Shown here in pieces: positions 1 through 14,614 of a DNA stretch of 64,000 nucleotides. Each line of letters opens with the position of its first letter. Position 1 is the stretch's first letter. The notes under the pieces were generated by a model that saw only the letters and a program-made list of their open reading frames with translations, had not been told where the DNA came from and ran no database searches. The stretch comes from the human T2T-CHM13v2.0 reference genome, Homo sapiens, in the NCBI RefSeq assembly GCF_009914755.1, contig NC_060925.1; one strand, 5' to 3'. Made by a program: the position numbers and the translations under genes.

Positions 1-96
1 GGCACTGAGGCTCAAAAAAAAACAAAAAAGGAGAAATGAAATCAAAGAGGCAACTCACGAGATAATGGAGCAGGCAAATGAAAAGAAGTGTGCTGA

Positions 97-416
<320 letters not shown>

Positions 417-1296
417 TCAAATGATGAGTTCCAGAAAGTTAGACTTGTTCCCAGCTGCCATCAAGCTAGAGCCTTTGTTGACCATTCTGTACACCAAGGG
501 AGTTGTCTTTGTAAAACCGCAGAAGCCAACGTTGCCATCCTATGTTGCTATTTAAACCATAGAAAACCAGAACAGGAGCATTTTGGCATTTTTTTAAAAC
601 TAGGAAGTATAAAAACTTAGAGAAAATAAAATTAATATCTAAATTTTAATATGTAGTGATCATTTTGGCTTTTCCTTTGGCCTAAGCGGATAAAGAAGAA
701 ACTGTTAAAGATCTCTTATTCCTGAGTGAGGGGGAATGCATCTAATGACAAGAAATCATTGCTCATTATTTAAAAAGAGCTAGGTATATTTTGTCTTAGG
801 ATCTTGATTTTTATTTTAATTATTTGTTTTGAGAAGAAGGCCATGGACCCTCCAATATATAGTAGGGTTTGGTTAAGGATGGAAACCCTGAGGGCAAGTC
901 TCAGCAGATTCGCCCCATTTTATGTCACAGAAGCTCATATACAGAAATTCAGAGTACATTGATGAGGAGCAGTGGAATCCTGCATTGTGGTACAAGGTAA
1001 GATACTTGTAAATGCTGCATATAATCTCGGTTCTCTTTTGTAAAATACAAATGAAATACTATGCATCGTTTTTATATCAGAATAGAACAGGTTAATTTTC
1101 CTCTACATATCTGTTTGCATATTTCTTATGTATCCACTCTGCTTGTTTTCAATGTTCTTTTAAAATTTTTGTTGGGCTAAAAAGAGCCTTTTCTTTGGTA
1201 TCATCATAGCTACCATCATCTACAGCGAAACTGCATATCTAGTACTGGAAGTAATTCAACCAGCAATGTAGTAGGTAATATACAGGATAATGATCA

Positions 1297-1710
<414 letters not shown>

Positions 1711-2185
1711 TTATTGGACATCTTGTCTTCAATGTGAGAAAGGTACCTATTATAATTACACTTGAATTCATCATCATGAATATTTGAATTTTCAGGACAG
1801 CATAAAAAGTGGATTTGTTGATATGCAGAAAGGTGAATCTAGTTTTATAATCTACTGTAAATTATAAAATAGATTAAATGCCTGAATGTTTTCATCACAA
1901 GGTTGTGCTCTGAAAGCAATCAGTGTGCTTCTGCAGCTCTGCTCCTGCAAAGAGAGCAACCACATTTTCTGCTTTCATCTCCTTCCCAACTCTGCCCGAA
2001 AAACAGAAAGCTCTTACTTTGTATACTCATCTAAAAAAGCATATAAAGTCAGTCTTCACTTTGCACAATAGTGCAGGACTACAAAGATGTCCTGCTTGCT
2101 GAAACTATGCAAAGTGATCTTAATCATCATTGGGGGAAAATTACAATTGTTCTGTGACCTTTAAAAAAAATTGTCCAAAAGTCCT

Positions 2186-2832
<647 letters not shown>

Positions 2833-3162
2833 TCAATGCGTAACAAAATTAAAATACTAAAATTTAGTAGACTCACTTTAAAACAGTAGAAATATTGAGA
2901 ATCAAGTGTTTTATTTCTGTATGAAAAACCATGCTTGTCTTCTTTTTTCCCTTCTATAACTTACGATGAAGAACAAGCATTTTTTCCGTGCCTTGGCAAA
3001 TTGTCTTTACTCCTTTCTAAGTTTGGATTTAGTTTCAACATTTTATCACTTGATCTTCCAATGTCATTAGATAGCTCCAAGAGTCCCTTTAATGTACAGT
3101 TTTTTACTAGTGTCACTCTCTGGAGACATCTTCATCCTTTCCATCTCTTTCCTCATTTGTAA

Positions 3163-3775
<613 letters not shown>

Positions 3776-4223
3776 ATCACTTTTTGTTTCTTTGGTGTAC
3801 ATTAATCCTTGGTGGTCAATTCCCTCTCAGGTATCTACTTCTATAAAATGCATGAGGAGTTTATTGCTAAAGACAAAGAGGCAACACAACTACACACTTT
3901 GCTGTGTGTGTGTGTGAAATGAATAACTGATGCAGTGACTGATCTTGGGACAGACTTTGAAAGAAGTGATGGTCACTAGTCTTCGTGCATCTGTCATTTA
4001 TGAAGTGATTTGTGGACTAAAGAGCTAGCAGCGACTGTTTCTACTTTACGCATCTACTCACAGTTATTACTTTGGTAACTGAAATGTGAACATTGTTGAG
4101 AAACTTATTTAATTACATCATGATAACTGAATTCATGCATATTAGAATCTGTATTGGGGACTCCTAGGTTCCTACTTATTTTTCAATTGATGGGATTGTA
4201 TTTATTTTAAAGCAATATGAAGG

Positions 4224-4342
4224 AGGCTGAGTGCAGTGGCTCATACCTGTAGTCCCAGCACTTTGTGAGGCCAAGGCAGGATTGCTTAAGCCCAGAAGTT
4301 TGAGACCAGCCTAGGCAATAGAGCAAGACCCTGTCCCTACAA

Positions 4343-4373
<31 letters not shown>

Positions 4374-4543
4374 AAACACCTAGCCAGGCATAGTGGCATG
4401 CACTTGTAGTCCCAGCTACTTGGGAGGCTGAGGCAGGAGGATTGCTTGAGCCAAGGAGTTTGAGGATACAGTGAGCTATGATCACATCACTGTAATCCAG
4501 CATGGGCAATAGAGTGAGACCCTGTCTATACAAAAAGAAAAAG
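4224..4543 (+). mobile_element. AluJ with (TAAA)n in the central linker
   Basis: Alu consensus; TAAA microsatellite 4342-4374. Confidence 0.92.
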
Positions 4544-5704
4544 AAGGCATAATGCTACCTGCACCTTGATCACCCTTTATTTTGAGGGTTGGAATGATAG
4601 AAGTGATGTAAATGAGTTCTACAGAGGATATTTCTAAAACTAAGGAAAGTGAGTCCATATGTAAATCTTTGCTCTGTAATAAAAAAGAGAAAAAAACAAG
4701 AAGTAAAAGAGGGGGGACATAGTTTTCAAGAAAGCCTTTAGAGGTATGTTGTTATTAAAAACTTACTTTTGGCTTTATCAATGTGAAATGTTGTTAACCT
4801 GTGCTTTCTTTTGTGAAACTCTCAATATTTACTTGCATAATTCAAAGTCTCAAACTGCTTCTGAGCCTGTTACACATTATCCCCATTCAATAATATGGCA
4901 TGAATTATGAAAGAGGACAGAGTAAATATTTTTGTCTTCTTGATATGACCTGTGTGACCAGTTTTGTTAGTTGAAATTAGTTTACAAAAACTAAATTCTC
5001 TTTGTTCTACATTACAATCTTAGTATTATATGAATCCAGAAATATCCTTTTCATGTGCCAATAATGCTACAAGAAAATGTGAAAATAAATTATTCTTTCT
5101 GCTAAAGATACTATATAGCTCTCAGGCATTTCTAACTTCTTTAAAAATAAAGTATGATTTCTAAACTGGAATGGAGAGAGAAGGGGCAGGTAAAATGGTT
5201 TACCACCCTATCAACACAGAGTAAAGCCCAACAATTAATGTGGCCTGCCTACTAAATGTACCACCTACGCAGAGCTTCCGCTTATGTATGAACAACCAAG
5301 GCTTGCCAGATATTAAGGAAAGAAACCCCAGCAAAACAATCCTAATCAAAGGAATATGAGAGGATTATCAGATTATCGGATTATATTAGGATAATGTTCT
5401 AAGTGTTTTACATTGATTAACCGAATACTGACAGGAACCCAATGAGGTAGATACATCTACATTATGCTAGAGATGACAAGGCAAATAAAAATTAAATTCC
5501 CTACGGTCAAACAGCAAGTAAGCAACACAGCCAGGCCCCAGAATCCACGCTTCTTAGCTTCTACAATACTCTACTGCTCAAACACGGGAAAGAGGAGATC
5601 AAAATGCATGGGCTGCAGAAACAGAATGAAGGGAACAGAGGGAAACTTTATCAAAAAAATTAAAACTACAATCATATTCTGAGAGATATAAGATACTGCA
5701 TCTA

Positions 5705-6130
<426 letters not shown>

Positions 6131-6802
6131 TTTTAAAAAACAAAGATATATCTCCCCCCAAAAGTAGAACTGAAATAAAACTTAAAAACAGTGCCTGCGA
6201 AATTCTAAAATTCTAAGGAGGAAATTCCTATCAGCCCAAATTAAAGGCAATTTCAGAAATGCAAGGAGATAAAAAGTTTACCTCTCATCTTCCCTTTCTT
6301 AGTAAGATACCAAAAAATGGTACACAGCAAAAGAAGGCATATGCTAAGATGGGAAAACATGGGATTCTGGAAATAATGGTGCCAACTTAAACGGTCTAGA
6401 AAAAAGGTGACAGTTGTGTGGCATAACTAGGTTGTAGGAGAAAAATTATAAAGTGGGTAAAATGACAAAGCATCTGGAAAGAACTAAGAATATAGAAGGA
6501 AAATTAGGCAAGCAGAAGAATGTAAGGTGAAGGTTAACTGGAGGAAAAACCAAAAGCTGTACCACAAAGAAAATCACGGTGGCTCACACCTGTAAAATAT
6601 GGGCATTGAGCTTTACAGGGATTGATCGTAATATAACTATTTAGAAGGATGAGACAAAGGAAATGAGAAGGTGTCAGTTAAATCATTATTTATCATAAAA
6701 TGAAGGCAATTTGAACTCAATGTCTAAATTATCAATAGATAGCAATGGAAAGTAACTTCTCAATCTTTTAGTCTAGACTATTTAACCAAAGGTATGTGTT
6801 CC

Positions 6803-6827
6803 TTTAATAATTTTTCTTTAGTTTATT
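6803..6827 (-). terminator. EBNA1BP2 polyadenylation signals
   Basis: AATAAA at 6827-6822 and ATTAAA at 6808-6803 on the minus strand, ~105-130 nt after the stop. Confidence 0.7.
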
Positions 6828-6932
6828 GAAAGAAATGTTTACAACATGACACCAACAGAAGGGATCAAAGTGTGTCGTGAAATTGCGAGTCTTCATTCCT
6901 TTTTCTTGGTTCTTTGTATTCAAAGATGCTAT

Positions 6933-6983
6933 TTAGTGTGTTCTGTTCTTCATCTTCTCTCTTGTTCGTTTTCCAGGTCTCTT
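6933..6983 (-). CDS. EBNA1BP2: EBNA1BP2 last coding exon (KRPGKRTREKMKNRTH*)
   Basis: TAG acceptor; TAA stop at 6935-6933; conserved KRPGK.R C-terminus. Confidence 0.96.
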   Translation of the reverse strand, partial: KRPGKRTREKMKNRTH

Positions 6984-7132
6984 CTACAGAAAAAGACATA
7001 CCACATCTGGTCACATAGCAGCTTGCCTTCTGCCCCAGGGTGAGGACGAACAGAACTGAAGGGAGAGGGCAGGGTTGGGAGTGGGAGGGGAGGCTGAGCC
7101 TGCTCCTCACCCGGGCACCTGGGCTCACTTAC

Positions 7133-7295
7133 ATTTGACCCTTTCTTGCCAGGCCTCTTGAGGCCTCTGCCATGAGCTGTCTTGGCCCGGAAGCTAGATA
7201 CATCATCATAGCTCTCCCGAGTGTTCCACTTTGAGCCTTTCTTCTTTCCACCAAAACCAAACTTCTGGTTTTTATACCGTCGTTTAGCACTGGGC
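7133..7295 (-). CDS. EBNA1BP2: EBNA1BP2 coding exon 8 (PSAKRRYKNQKFGFGGKKKGSKWNT...KKGSN)
   Basis: CAG acceptor, AAT|GTAAGT donor, 163 nt; K.KFGFGGKK..SK.N Ebp2 motif. Confidence 0.97.
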
Positions 7296-7649
7296 CTGGA
7301 AAAGAATGGTCCTAGACATCACTACAGCACTGTAAAGCCTGATGAACCTGATGGCCCAGCAATGCTCTCAGTTTCCTTTCTATAAGCAAAGCCCCTTAGG
7401 CACGTCTGTAACCCAGAATCTCATCCTTGGCCCCACAATCCTATGCTACAGCCTCTCTAGACAAACTCATCTAGCTCACCTATTTACAGTTTTGACCACC
7501 AGGGCAGGAAAATAAAGCAAGAAGCAGGGAAGGCTCTACATATATTACATGGCTTCCTGCTGTCTTTAGAAAGCTTTCTATTTTAACCAAATCTTATTAA
7601 ATCACCCTCAGTTGTGTCTATTCCTCTCAAGGGTAAATACATGCAGTTA

Positions 7650-7777
7650 ACATCCAAATGTAATATGTTACATTTGTAACATTCAAATGTAATGTAATGA
7701 ATACGTTCAAATGTAAACATTCAAATGTAATTATAGGCATTCAAATAACATTCAAATGGAATAACATTCAAATGTAA
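7650..7777. repeat. Degenerate tandem repeat of ACATTCAAATGTAA (7 copies)
   Basis: Copies begin at ~7650, 7679, 7703, 7717, 7737, 7748 and 7764. Confidence 0.8.
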
Positions 7778-8816
7778 AACTGGTCATCCAATAGGAATCT
7801 TGAATTCAGCATCTCCAAATTCACATCATCTCCTGGACTGGCTCTGCTTCCTGTACATATGCCCTCACTTGAGGCTGGCGCTGCTCCCACCAACCCAGAC
7901 ACACAGGCTAAACATGTGGGAGTCAGCCTTGGTTCTTCTCTCACTCTTTATACCCAATTCAATTACTGAGTCCTGCTCATTTCACCTCTTAAATGTTTCT
8001 TCAATCCTTATCTCGACTTTTGCAATAGTACCCTTGTCAATTTCCCAGCTTCCCTCAAGTCTGTCACTTATACAAAATCCACTGTGATCTTTTTAAAAAC
8101 ATGAATATAACCTGCTCATTACTGTTAGTACAACCTACAACCTAGTCTCTCCACTGCCTTCTGACAAAGCCCAAGCTCCTCAACAAGGCAAACCCACAGC
8201 CCAGGTCCCCCCAAACACATCGCACCCCTCCTTGCTTTGCACTGTATTCCCAGTGACACCAAGGGCTTACTGTTCCTCACAAAACCCTGAGGTTTCACAT
8301 CTCGATGGCTTTGCTCGTTCAAGCTCTTACTTCTTCCCAAACCCAGCTTCTCTTCTATTCTCGTGGTTAATTCCTACTCATGCTTCAAGCAATGCTCAAG
8401 TCGAACGCTCCTCCAGAAATCCACCCCAGACCCTGTCAGGTATTTATAAAAGCTGACTCAGTACTAATCCCCAAATGCCTCTATCATAGCACTTACTATC
8501 TTACATGGAAATTATCATTTCCCCTAGGCCTGGTATCCAGGTATGCAAAAAAGCAGACTAGAAAAAACAATGAGAGCCCACATTCTCTCTTTCAGTCTTC
8601 ATACTATGAGGCAGACACTATTTCCTCAACTTAGCAGATGAGGCAATTAGCATTTAGAAAGGCATGGTAACTCGTTCAAAACTGCCCTCCTACTGAGTGG
8701 TAGAGTCGGGATCTGAACCCTAGGTCTGAACTCTCAACCATCGCACTGTGTGATGGGAAATCAACTTTACTCAGCATTCACTTAAAGGGTGCCACATACT
8801 TAAAAGTACCTTCTTA

Positions 8817-9107
8817 GGATGGGTGCAGTGGTTCACACCTATAATCCCAGCACTTTGGGAGGCTGAGGTGAGTGAATCACTTGAGGCCAGGAGTTCACAA
8901 CCAGCCTGGCCAACATGGTGAAACCCTGTCTCTACTACAAATACAAAAATTAGCTGGGTGTGATGGCAGGCACCTGTAGTTCCAGCTACTCAGGAGGCTG
9001 AGGCACAGAATTACTTGAGCCCAGGTGGCAGAGGTTGCAGTGAGCCAAGACTGTACCAGTGCACTGTAGCCTGAGTGATAGAATGAGACTGTCCAAAAAA
9101 AAAAGAA
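8817..9107 (+). mobile_element. AluS
   Basis: Consensus; TSD-like TTAAAAG...CCTTCTT. Confidence 0.92.
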
Positions 9108-9315
9108 GTTTAAAAAGTGCCTTCTTTTACTCTTCAAAGACTGACATGGCTAAAAGGGCCCATCACACAGTGCTAGGGGTCCTGGCCCCAGGCAGCAGCT
9201 GCACTCTCTGGACTCTATGGCTGCGCCGGTGGAGGTGCTATGTCTGCCATACTCGTGACCTGTGGCCCCATCGCACCTCACAGAACCAAAGAAACCATGC
9301 CAAAACCCTTCTCAC

Positions 9316-9409
9316 CCCTTCCTCATCTGCTGGCCTTTGGCTCCTGCCTTCTTGTGCTGTGCCAGAGGTTTCTGATCTCCCTCAAGGAAATCCAGTTTAT
9401 CAGAGAAGC
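9316..9409 (-). CDS. EBNA1BP2: EBNA1BP2 coding exon 7 (GFSDKLDFLEGDQKPLAQHKKAGAKGQQMRK)
   Basis: CAG acceptor, GG|GTGAGA donor, 94 nt. Confidence 0.95.
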
Positions 9410-9649
9410 CTGTAAGTGAAGAAGTAGTTTTGATCAGCACCATTGTATTTTAAGAATAAAAGTTTAAACCACCATATGAGGCTGTTATTTGCTACACTGA
9501 TTTTAAGAGTCACATCCTGCTCTCCAACACCATTCCCAAAACTTTGATCCGACAGGTCCACATCAACCAAGAAGGCTCCAAAGCACTAAGTGTTCAAATC
9601 AACTCTAAAGTACCTGCTACCCTCGTTCCCCTAGCAGAGATGTACCAAC

Positions 9650-9725
9650 CTTTCTGATATTTCTTAATAGCATTCATCATATGGGCTTTCTCCTGCTGCC
9701 TCTTCTGAAGAACCTCCGTTTGCAC
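9650..9725 (-). CDS. EBNA1BP2: EBNA1BP2 coding exon 6 (VQTEVLQKRQQEKAHMMNAIKKYQK)
   Basis: CAG acceptor, AAG|GTTGGT donor, 76 nt. Confidence 0.95.
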
Positions 9726-10258
9726 CTGTGATATGAACACAAGGACCGTTACAGCCATTCCATACCATTACTCCAGTGTCTACATTGTCTTAATAGCAAC
9801 ACCATGATTAATACCGCTACCCTCTGACATTTACTACGTGCCAAAAACTGTGTTAGGGACTCTAAGTATATTCTCAGATCTAGGTATATTCTTCATAGAT
9901 GAAGATATATCTGTCTCATAACAATCCAGTGAAGTTGAAATTTGTGTTATCCCCTAAACTGAAGCACAGGGAAGTTAACTTGCCCAAGTCGCACAGTGAA
10001 AAAATGCACAGCCAAGATGACCCAGGCTGTTTGACTCCAAAGCCAGCACTCACCCTATTATACAATCCTGCCTACAAAACTGAAGTAAATCATGTTTAAG
10101 ACTACATCGATTTTTCGCATCACATTTGGACAGATTAATTATCTAACTCACTGTTACTAGGCATGAAAGTACCAAAAGGAAGAGAAAAAAACAATGTCCC
10201 CAGGTAAAGAAAAGAAAAAAGTTTGAAGGATAAAAGGAGACACTTTATAATACTCTAA

Positions 10259-10478
10259 CAGAGGGTTTCTCAATCTTGATACTGCTACAGTGTGGAGAGA
10301 ATAATTCTTTGCTGGGGGGTAGGGGCCTGTCCTACACTGTAGGATATTTAGCGGCACCCCTGCCCTCTACCTACTAGATGCCAGTAGTACCCTCCCTCCC
10401 AAATTTGACAACTAAAAATATCTCCAGGCAGTCACAGAAAACTCTTGGGGAGCAAATTCACCCCCAGTTAACAAACTC
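10259..10478 (+). mobile_element. MER20 (hAT-Charlie) DNA transposon
   Basis: TTTCTCAA...GATATTTAGCGGCACCCCTGCCCTCTACCTACTAGATGCCAGTAG MER20 core. Confidence 0.8.
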
Positions 10479-11011
10479 TTCCCCAGTGTTTCCTTAAATT
10501 AGGAACAGTGAACTAATAGGCCCAAGTGAGTTTGTCTTTGCTTTTGGTAACTTTGGCTATGTTAAATTAATTACTGGTGTCTTTGAGAGAATCTCAGCCA
10601 TCCACCTCCAGATCAAAGAAATAATAAATCCGCAGCAGGCCTTTTGTAGAGGACAGGATCCCAGCCTATTCCTACTTTGCTGAGAATGTATCAGTGAAAT
10701 GACTCCAAACGTGGACAAGAGTTCTGCAGCCCAGATCCCAAGTGCTTATGTCCAAATGTTGACGAAGTCTTAACACCCACGCCAATCTTCCTCACATTCA
10801 TTTCTTCCCACAATCCTAACTTTAAAATCTGTCATCTTCTTTCTTAGATGACCATGAAATAAAAAAGGAAAACCAAGAAAAGTTTTAGGGTATGCCTGAT
10901 CTGGTGTTACATTAGAACTCAGACATTCATAGTTCAAACACGCAGGCAATCTTTCAGATTGGATGACAATCATTATGATAATTTCTTCAGGTACGTGATT
11001 ATCACATAGAT

Positions 11012-11170
11012 CAGTGAATCCCAAATCAGGATGCATTTCAGAATCACCTGGAAAGCTTTTGGGGAAGAGGGGAAAACAGGCACAGATTCCTGGGGATTCT
11101 GAAGTCTAGAATTCTGTTTTGAAAAATTTCCCCTGGTGATTTTGCTATAAGGTCAGGTTTGGAAACCACT
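11012..11170. mobile_element. MER5A-like hAT element
   Basis: CAGAATCACCTGG...CAGATTCCTGGG...TTTGGAAACCACT. Confidence 0.6.
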
Positions 11171-11428
11171 CATCTGGACCCAGTGTACAGATGTGAAAAC
11201 TAACGCCCAGAGAGGTGATTGGCTCACCTGCAGTCACCATACTACTCCTGGGGAACCACTCATGTCCAGGCAAGATTGTGCTCATGAATACCAGCACATA
11301 CACTGAGAGACGGTAAATACATGATCAACACACAGTTCCGTTCAGTTCAGGGGACCAAGTCAGACCACGGCAATCTCATCTAACACACACTCCGCCTCTT
11401 CCTGTTCCCTGCACACTTTTCTTCTCAC

Positions 11429-11518
11429 CTTCTTCCCGTATTTCCTAAGTGCTCGCAGTTGCTTAGCTTTTTCAGACCTCTCCATGGCAGCCTGTTTAGT
11501 CTGCAGCTTCTGTCGAAT
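11429..11518 (-). CDS. EBNA1BP2: EBNA1BP2 coding exon 5 (IRQKLQTKQAAMERSEKAKQLRALRKYGKK)
   Basis: TAG acceptor, AAG|GTGAGA donor, 90 nt, translated by hand. Confidence 0.96.
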
Positions 11519-12055
11519 CTACAACACAAAATGCTGTCAGTTCATGTCATTTGAATCTGGAATGACCACTACTTAGGATTCGCTAGAGCAGGGAACAGAT
11601 ATTCCCTGTTCTTTAAACTGCGGAACTTATAAATCATCAGTTCCAACCCCTGAGGACAATGGGGCCCACAGGCTGAGCACTTTACTAAAAGTGCCAGAGT
11701 GAAGCCAGAGATTGAAAGTCACCTTCCCGCTCCCAGTGTGCTGTCTGTTTCATTATACAAACTGCCTATTTGTAGCCCAGGAAAGAAGACAAACTTCTCC
11801 CCATTTCTACTGTCAGTAGACTGAGGCTGGAAACCAGTATGCGGCCTCAGTGTCCTTTTCTAGTATACCACATACATAATAAAAACCCAGGCAGATACCA
11901 GGTGCCTAGCCTTTTCAGTCAAACATACACATTTTAGTTAAAGGATGAGAAGTTGTCAGTGAGAATTTGTACAGAGTTCACAGTAAGAAGGTGAACTACT
12001 ACCACGACAAAAGCTCCCTAAAATCCAGCTTGAGACCCCAGGGTACTATTTAAAT

Positions 12056-12751
12056 ATACTTATCCCTCAGTATCCATAGAGGATTAGTTCTAGGACCCAC
12101 TACAGATATCAAAATCCACAGATGCTCAAGTCCTTTATATAAAAATGGTGCAGCATTTGCATATAACCTACACTCGCCTCCAGTATCCTTTAAAGTCAGG
12201 GGACCTCAACTCCCAGGCCACAGACCGCTACGAACCCACTATGAATCTGTGGCCTGTTAGGAACCAGGCCGCACAGCAGAAAGTGAGTGACAGGCAAGCA
12301 AGCATTACCACCTGAGCTCCACCTCCTGTCAGATTGGTGGTGGCGTTAAATTCTCATAGGAGTGCGAACTCTACTGTGAACTATGCATGGAACTATGCAT
12401 GCAAAGGATCTAGGTTGCCTGCTCCTTATGAGAATCTAATGCCTATGCCTGATGATCTGAGATGGAACGGTTTCATCCCAAAACTATCCCCTCCCCAAGT
12501 TCATGAAAAAATTGTCATCCACGAAACTAGTCTCTAGTGCCAGACCGCTTCTTTAAATAGTCTCTAGATTACTTATAATACCGAATACAATGCTATGCAT
12601 CACCTCATTCTCATGGATTCAATGTAGTTCTCGGCACACGGAAAATTCAGTTTTCCTTTTGCGATATTTTCAAATTTTTTTCCCCAATATTTTTGATCCG
12701 AGGTTGGTTGAATCCACAGATGCTGAACCCATGGCTATGGAGGGCTGAATG
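12056..12751 (+). mobile_element. MER2 (Tigger) with a nested MER1B (12197-12550)
   Basis: MER2 ends TCCCTCAGTATCCAT / ATGGAGGGCTGAATG; internal MER1 motifs GGCCTGTTAGGAACCAGGCCGCACAGCAG and CCTTATGAGAATCTAATGCC. Confidence 0.75.
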
Positions 12752-13251
12752 TATGTTGGATTACATGCTGGCAATCCCTTCTTCCAAAGTTAAATGAGGT
12801 CCAAGTTCTACCCAACTCTAAATTGTACTATATCTGAACCATCTAAGAATCCCTCATTTTACAGAAGAGAAAACTGAGGCCCAGAGAAAAGTAATTGTCT
12901 ACAAGTTCTAGCACTGACAGTGGCAAGGGCACAAGAATGCTGTCCTCTCTGCACACCATGTCATGACCATGCCAGCTAGGAAATGCACTGGGCCATCTTC
13001 ACCTCGGGGACCACACTTCACACAGCACTGTTCCTCTCCTTAATTGCTGATTTTAGAAAAAATGTCATTTTTATATGCATCTAATTGGTGGTAACTGGCA
13101 TGACTCTGAAGTAGCCAATCTATGGAAGAGGTAATAATTGTCCTCTGACAACTGGCTCCCCGTTATTGGGCTCATAGCTATCTTTCTAAGCCAGCTGAAT
13201 ATGCTTAAGTACAAAGTTTTGACTTTCCAGAGGAAAACTTCTATTTCTTAC

Positions 13252-13375
13252 CTTCTGCATCTGCAGATCAGATTTGGCCATTTCCGCAAAATAATCAGTG
13301 GGTCGCTTGGTAGGGACTTTGAGCTGATGGAGGCGGGGTAAGACTGCAAGCACTGCGGCCTGGGCTTGGCGATAG
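13252..13375 (-). CDS. EBNA1BP2: EBNA1BP2 coding exon 4 (YRQAQAAV...RPTDYFAEMAKSDLQMQK)
   Basis: CAG acceptor, AAG|GTAAGA donor, 124 nt; RP.DYFAEM.KSD Ebp2 signature. Confidence 0.97.
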
Positions 13376-13974
13376 CTGAGAATCGTAGGACAAAATGTGT
13401 AATGAGGTGAAGGAGGAGGCCTTACGTTCCTTTTCACCGCCAATCATGAGTTATCCAAGCTCAGAAGGACTCTCAAAATCTGACCTCCATTAGCAAGAAC
13501 AAACAAACAAAAACTGCCTCACTGATTTAGTATCTAAAAGAAATGTAGCCGTATACTAGTTTTTAAAAAGGGGAGGGGTGTTGCTAAAAATAGTTTAAGA
13601 GAATGACTACTCTAAAGGTACCCATTAACACAAACGAATGTCGATTATGGATTCTTATGTAATTACTAAAGCAATTCCACACAAGAACATCCCATAAGCA
13701 ATGTTTGTTTGTTTGTTTTCCTAATAACTGAAGCATGCACAAAAAGTTTTAACATGAATATTTCAAATTAGCCCATAAAGTGGATTTTGGATCGTGACTG
13801 TGGACCAAAGAGCTCTTCTCTCAAACAGGAAGAATCTCCTAGCTATTCTTAGTCAAAAGAAGCCGCTCTCTCTACTCCTAGGCTTATTCTGAGTGCAGAC
13901 TTACTAATTTCCCCTCTTTCCCACTCTCCTGCACAAGGATCCTCAACTTCTCCAACATTTGAAAACAAACATAC

Positions 13975-14147
13975 AAACTCATCTCTCGCTGGAAGTCGTC
14001 TTCTGGATCAACAGCTTTCTGGTCCTTGTTCTGAGGTGCTGGCGCCTCAGATCCACCGATCTCCGGTACCGGACCCAGTGTCACATCGAGCCTTTCAACC
14101 CATTCCAGATCCCGCTTGAATTCTGCCAAACATTGCTTCAGGCCATT
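13975..14147 (-). CDS. EBNA1BP2: EBNA1BP2 coding exon 3 (NGLKQCLAEFKRDLEWVERLD...DDFQREMS)
   Basis: TAG acceptor, GTATGT donor, 173 nt; conserved Ebp2 motifs W.ERLD and DDF.RE. Confidence 0.97.
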
Positions 14148-14208
14148 CTAGGAAATCCAGACACTGAGCTCACAAGAAGGGAACTCTGAGTTTGTCTTTC
14201 CCAAGCAC
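14148..14208 (-). ncRNA. MIR6733: pre-miR-6733 hairpin (5'-tailed mirtron-type) in EBNA1BP2 intron 2
   Basis: Minus-strand GUGCUUGGGAAAGACAAACUCAGAGUUCCCUUCUUGUGAGCUCAGUGUCUGGAUUUCCUAG matches hsa-mir-6733 as I recall it; arms pair (UGGGAAA/UUUCCUA, AGACA/UGUCU, GAGUUC/GAGCUC); 3' end is exactly the intron's acceptor AG. Confidence 0.85.
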
Positions 14209-14381
14209 AGGCTGTTAGGCGAAGGGACAAAGTGCTAATCCCCAATACCCAGACAGGTAATTGACCCTCTTGGCGAGGCGCAGGGTGCATCTTTCCTGGG
14301 ACAAGAATCGGTCTCCCAAGCCCAACAGCGCCTGAAGCGCATCCCATGTCCGAGTACCCCCGACCCTGTGCCCGCGCTCAC

Positions 14382-14465
14382 CACGTCGTTCACGGCCTTC
14401 TTCGGCCCCTCTAGCACGACATTGAGGCCTGGCTTCAGAAGCCCTCGGGAAAACGCATCCTGCAA
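14382..14465 (-). CDS. EBNA1BP2: EBNA1BP2 coding exon 2 (LQDAFSRG...KKAVNDV)
   Basis: CAG acceptor, GTG|GTGAGC donor, 84 nt, phase 0/0. Confidence 0.97.
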
Positions 14466-14548
14466 CTGCAGGACACAATCACGGTCACTCCCAGGGGTGT
14501 AAGGCCCCCTCTCCCACGCCCAGCCCCACGAGCTCGGCTGACACCTAC

Positions 14549-14614
14549 CTCTCTGTCTGTGACAAGGGATTCATCGGATTCCGACTCCGAATCCGAGAGC
14601 GGGGGAGTGTCCAT
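14549..14614 (-). CDS. EBNA1BP2: EBNA1BP2 coding exon 1 (MDTPPLSDSESESDESLVTDRE)
   Basis: ATG at 14614-14612; 66 nt; donor GAG|GTAGGT; recognised EBP2 N-terminus; all 9 exons join in frame to 306 aa + TAA. Confidence 0.97.

Noticed and set aside
7650-7777. CRISPR-like repeat-spacer appearance
   Set aside because: Repeats are 12-14 bp, spacers 0-15 bp and low complexity, there are no cas genes, and the context is a mammalian intron
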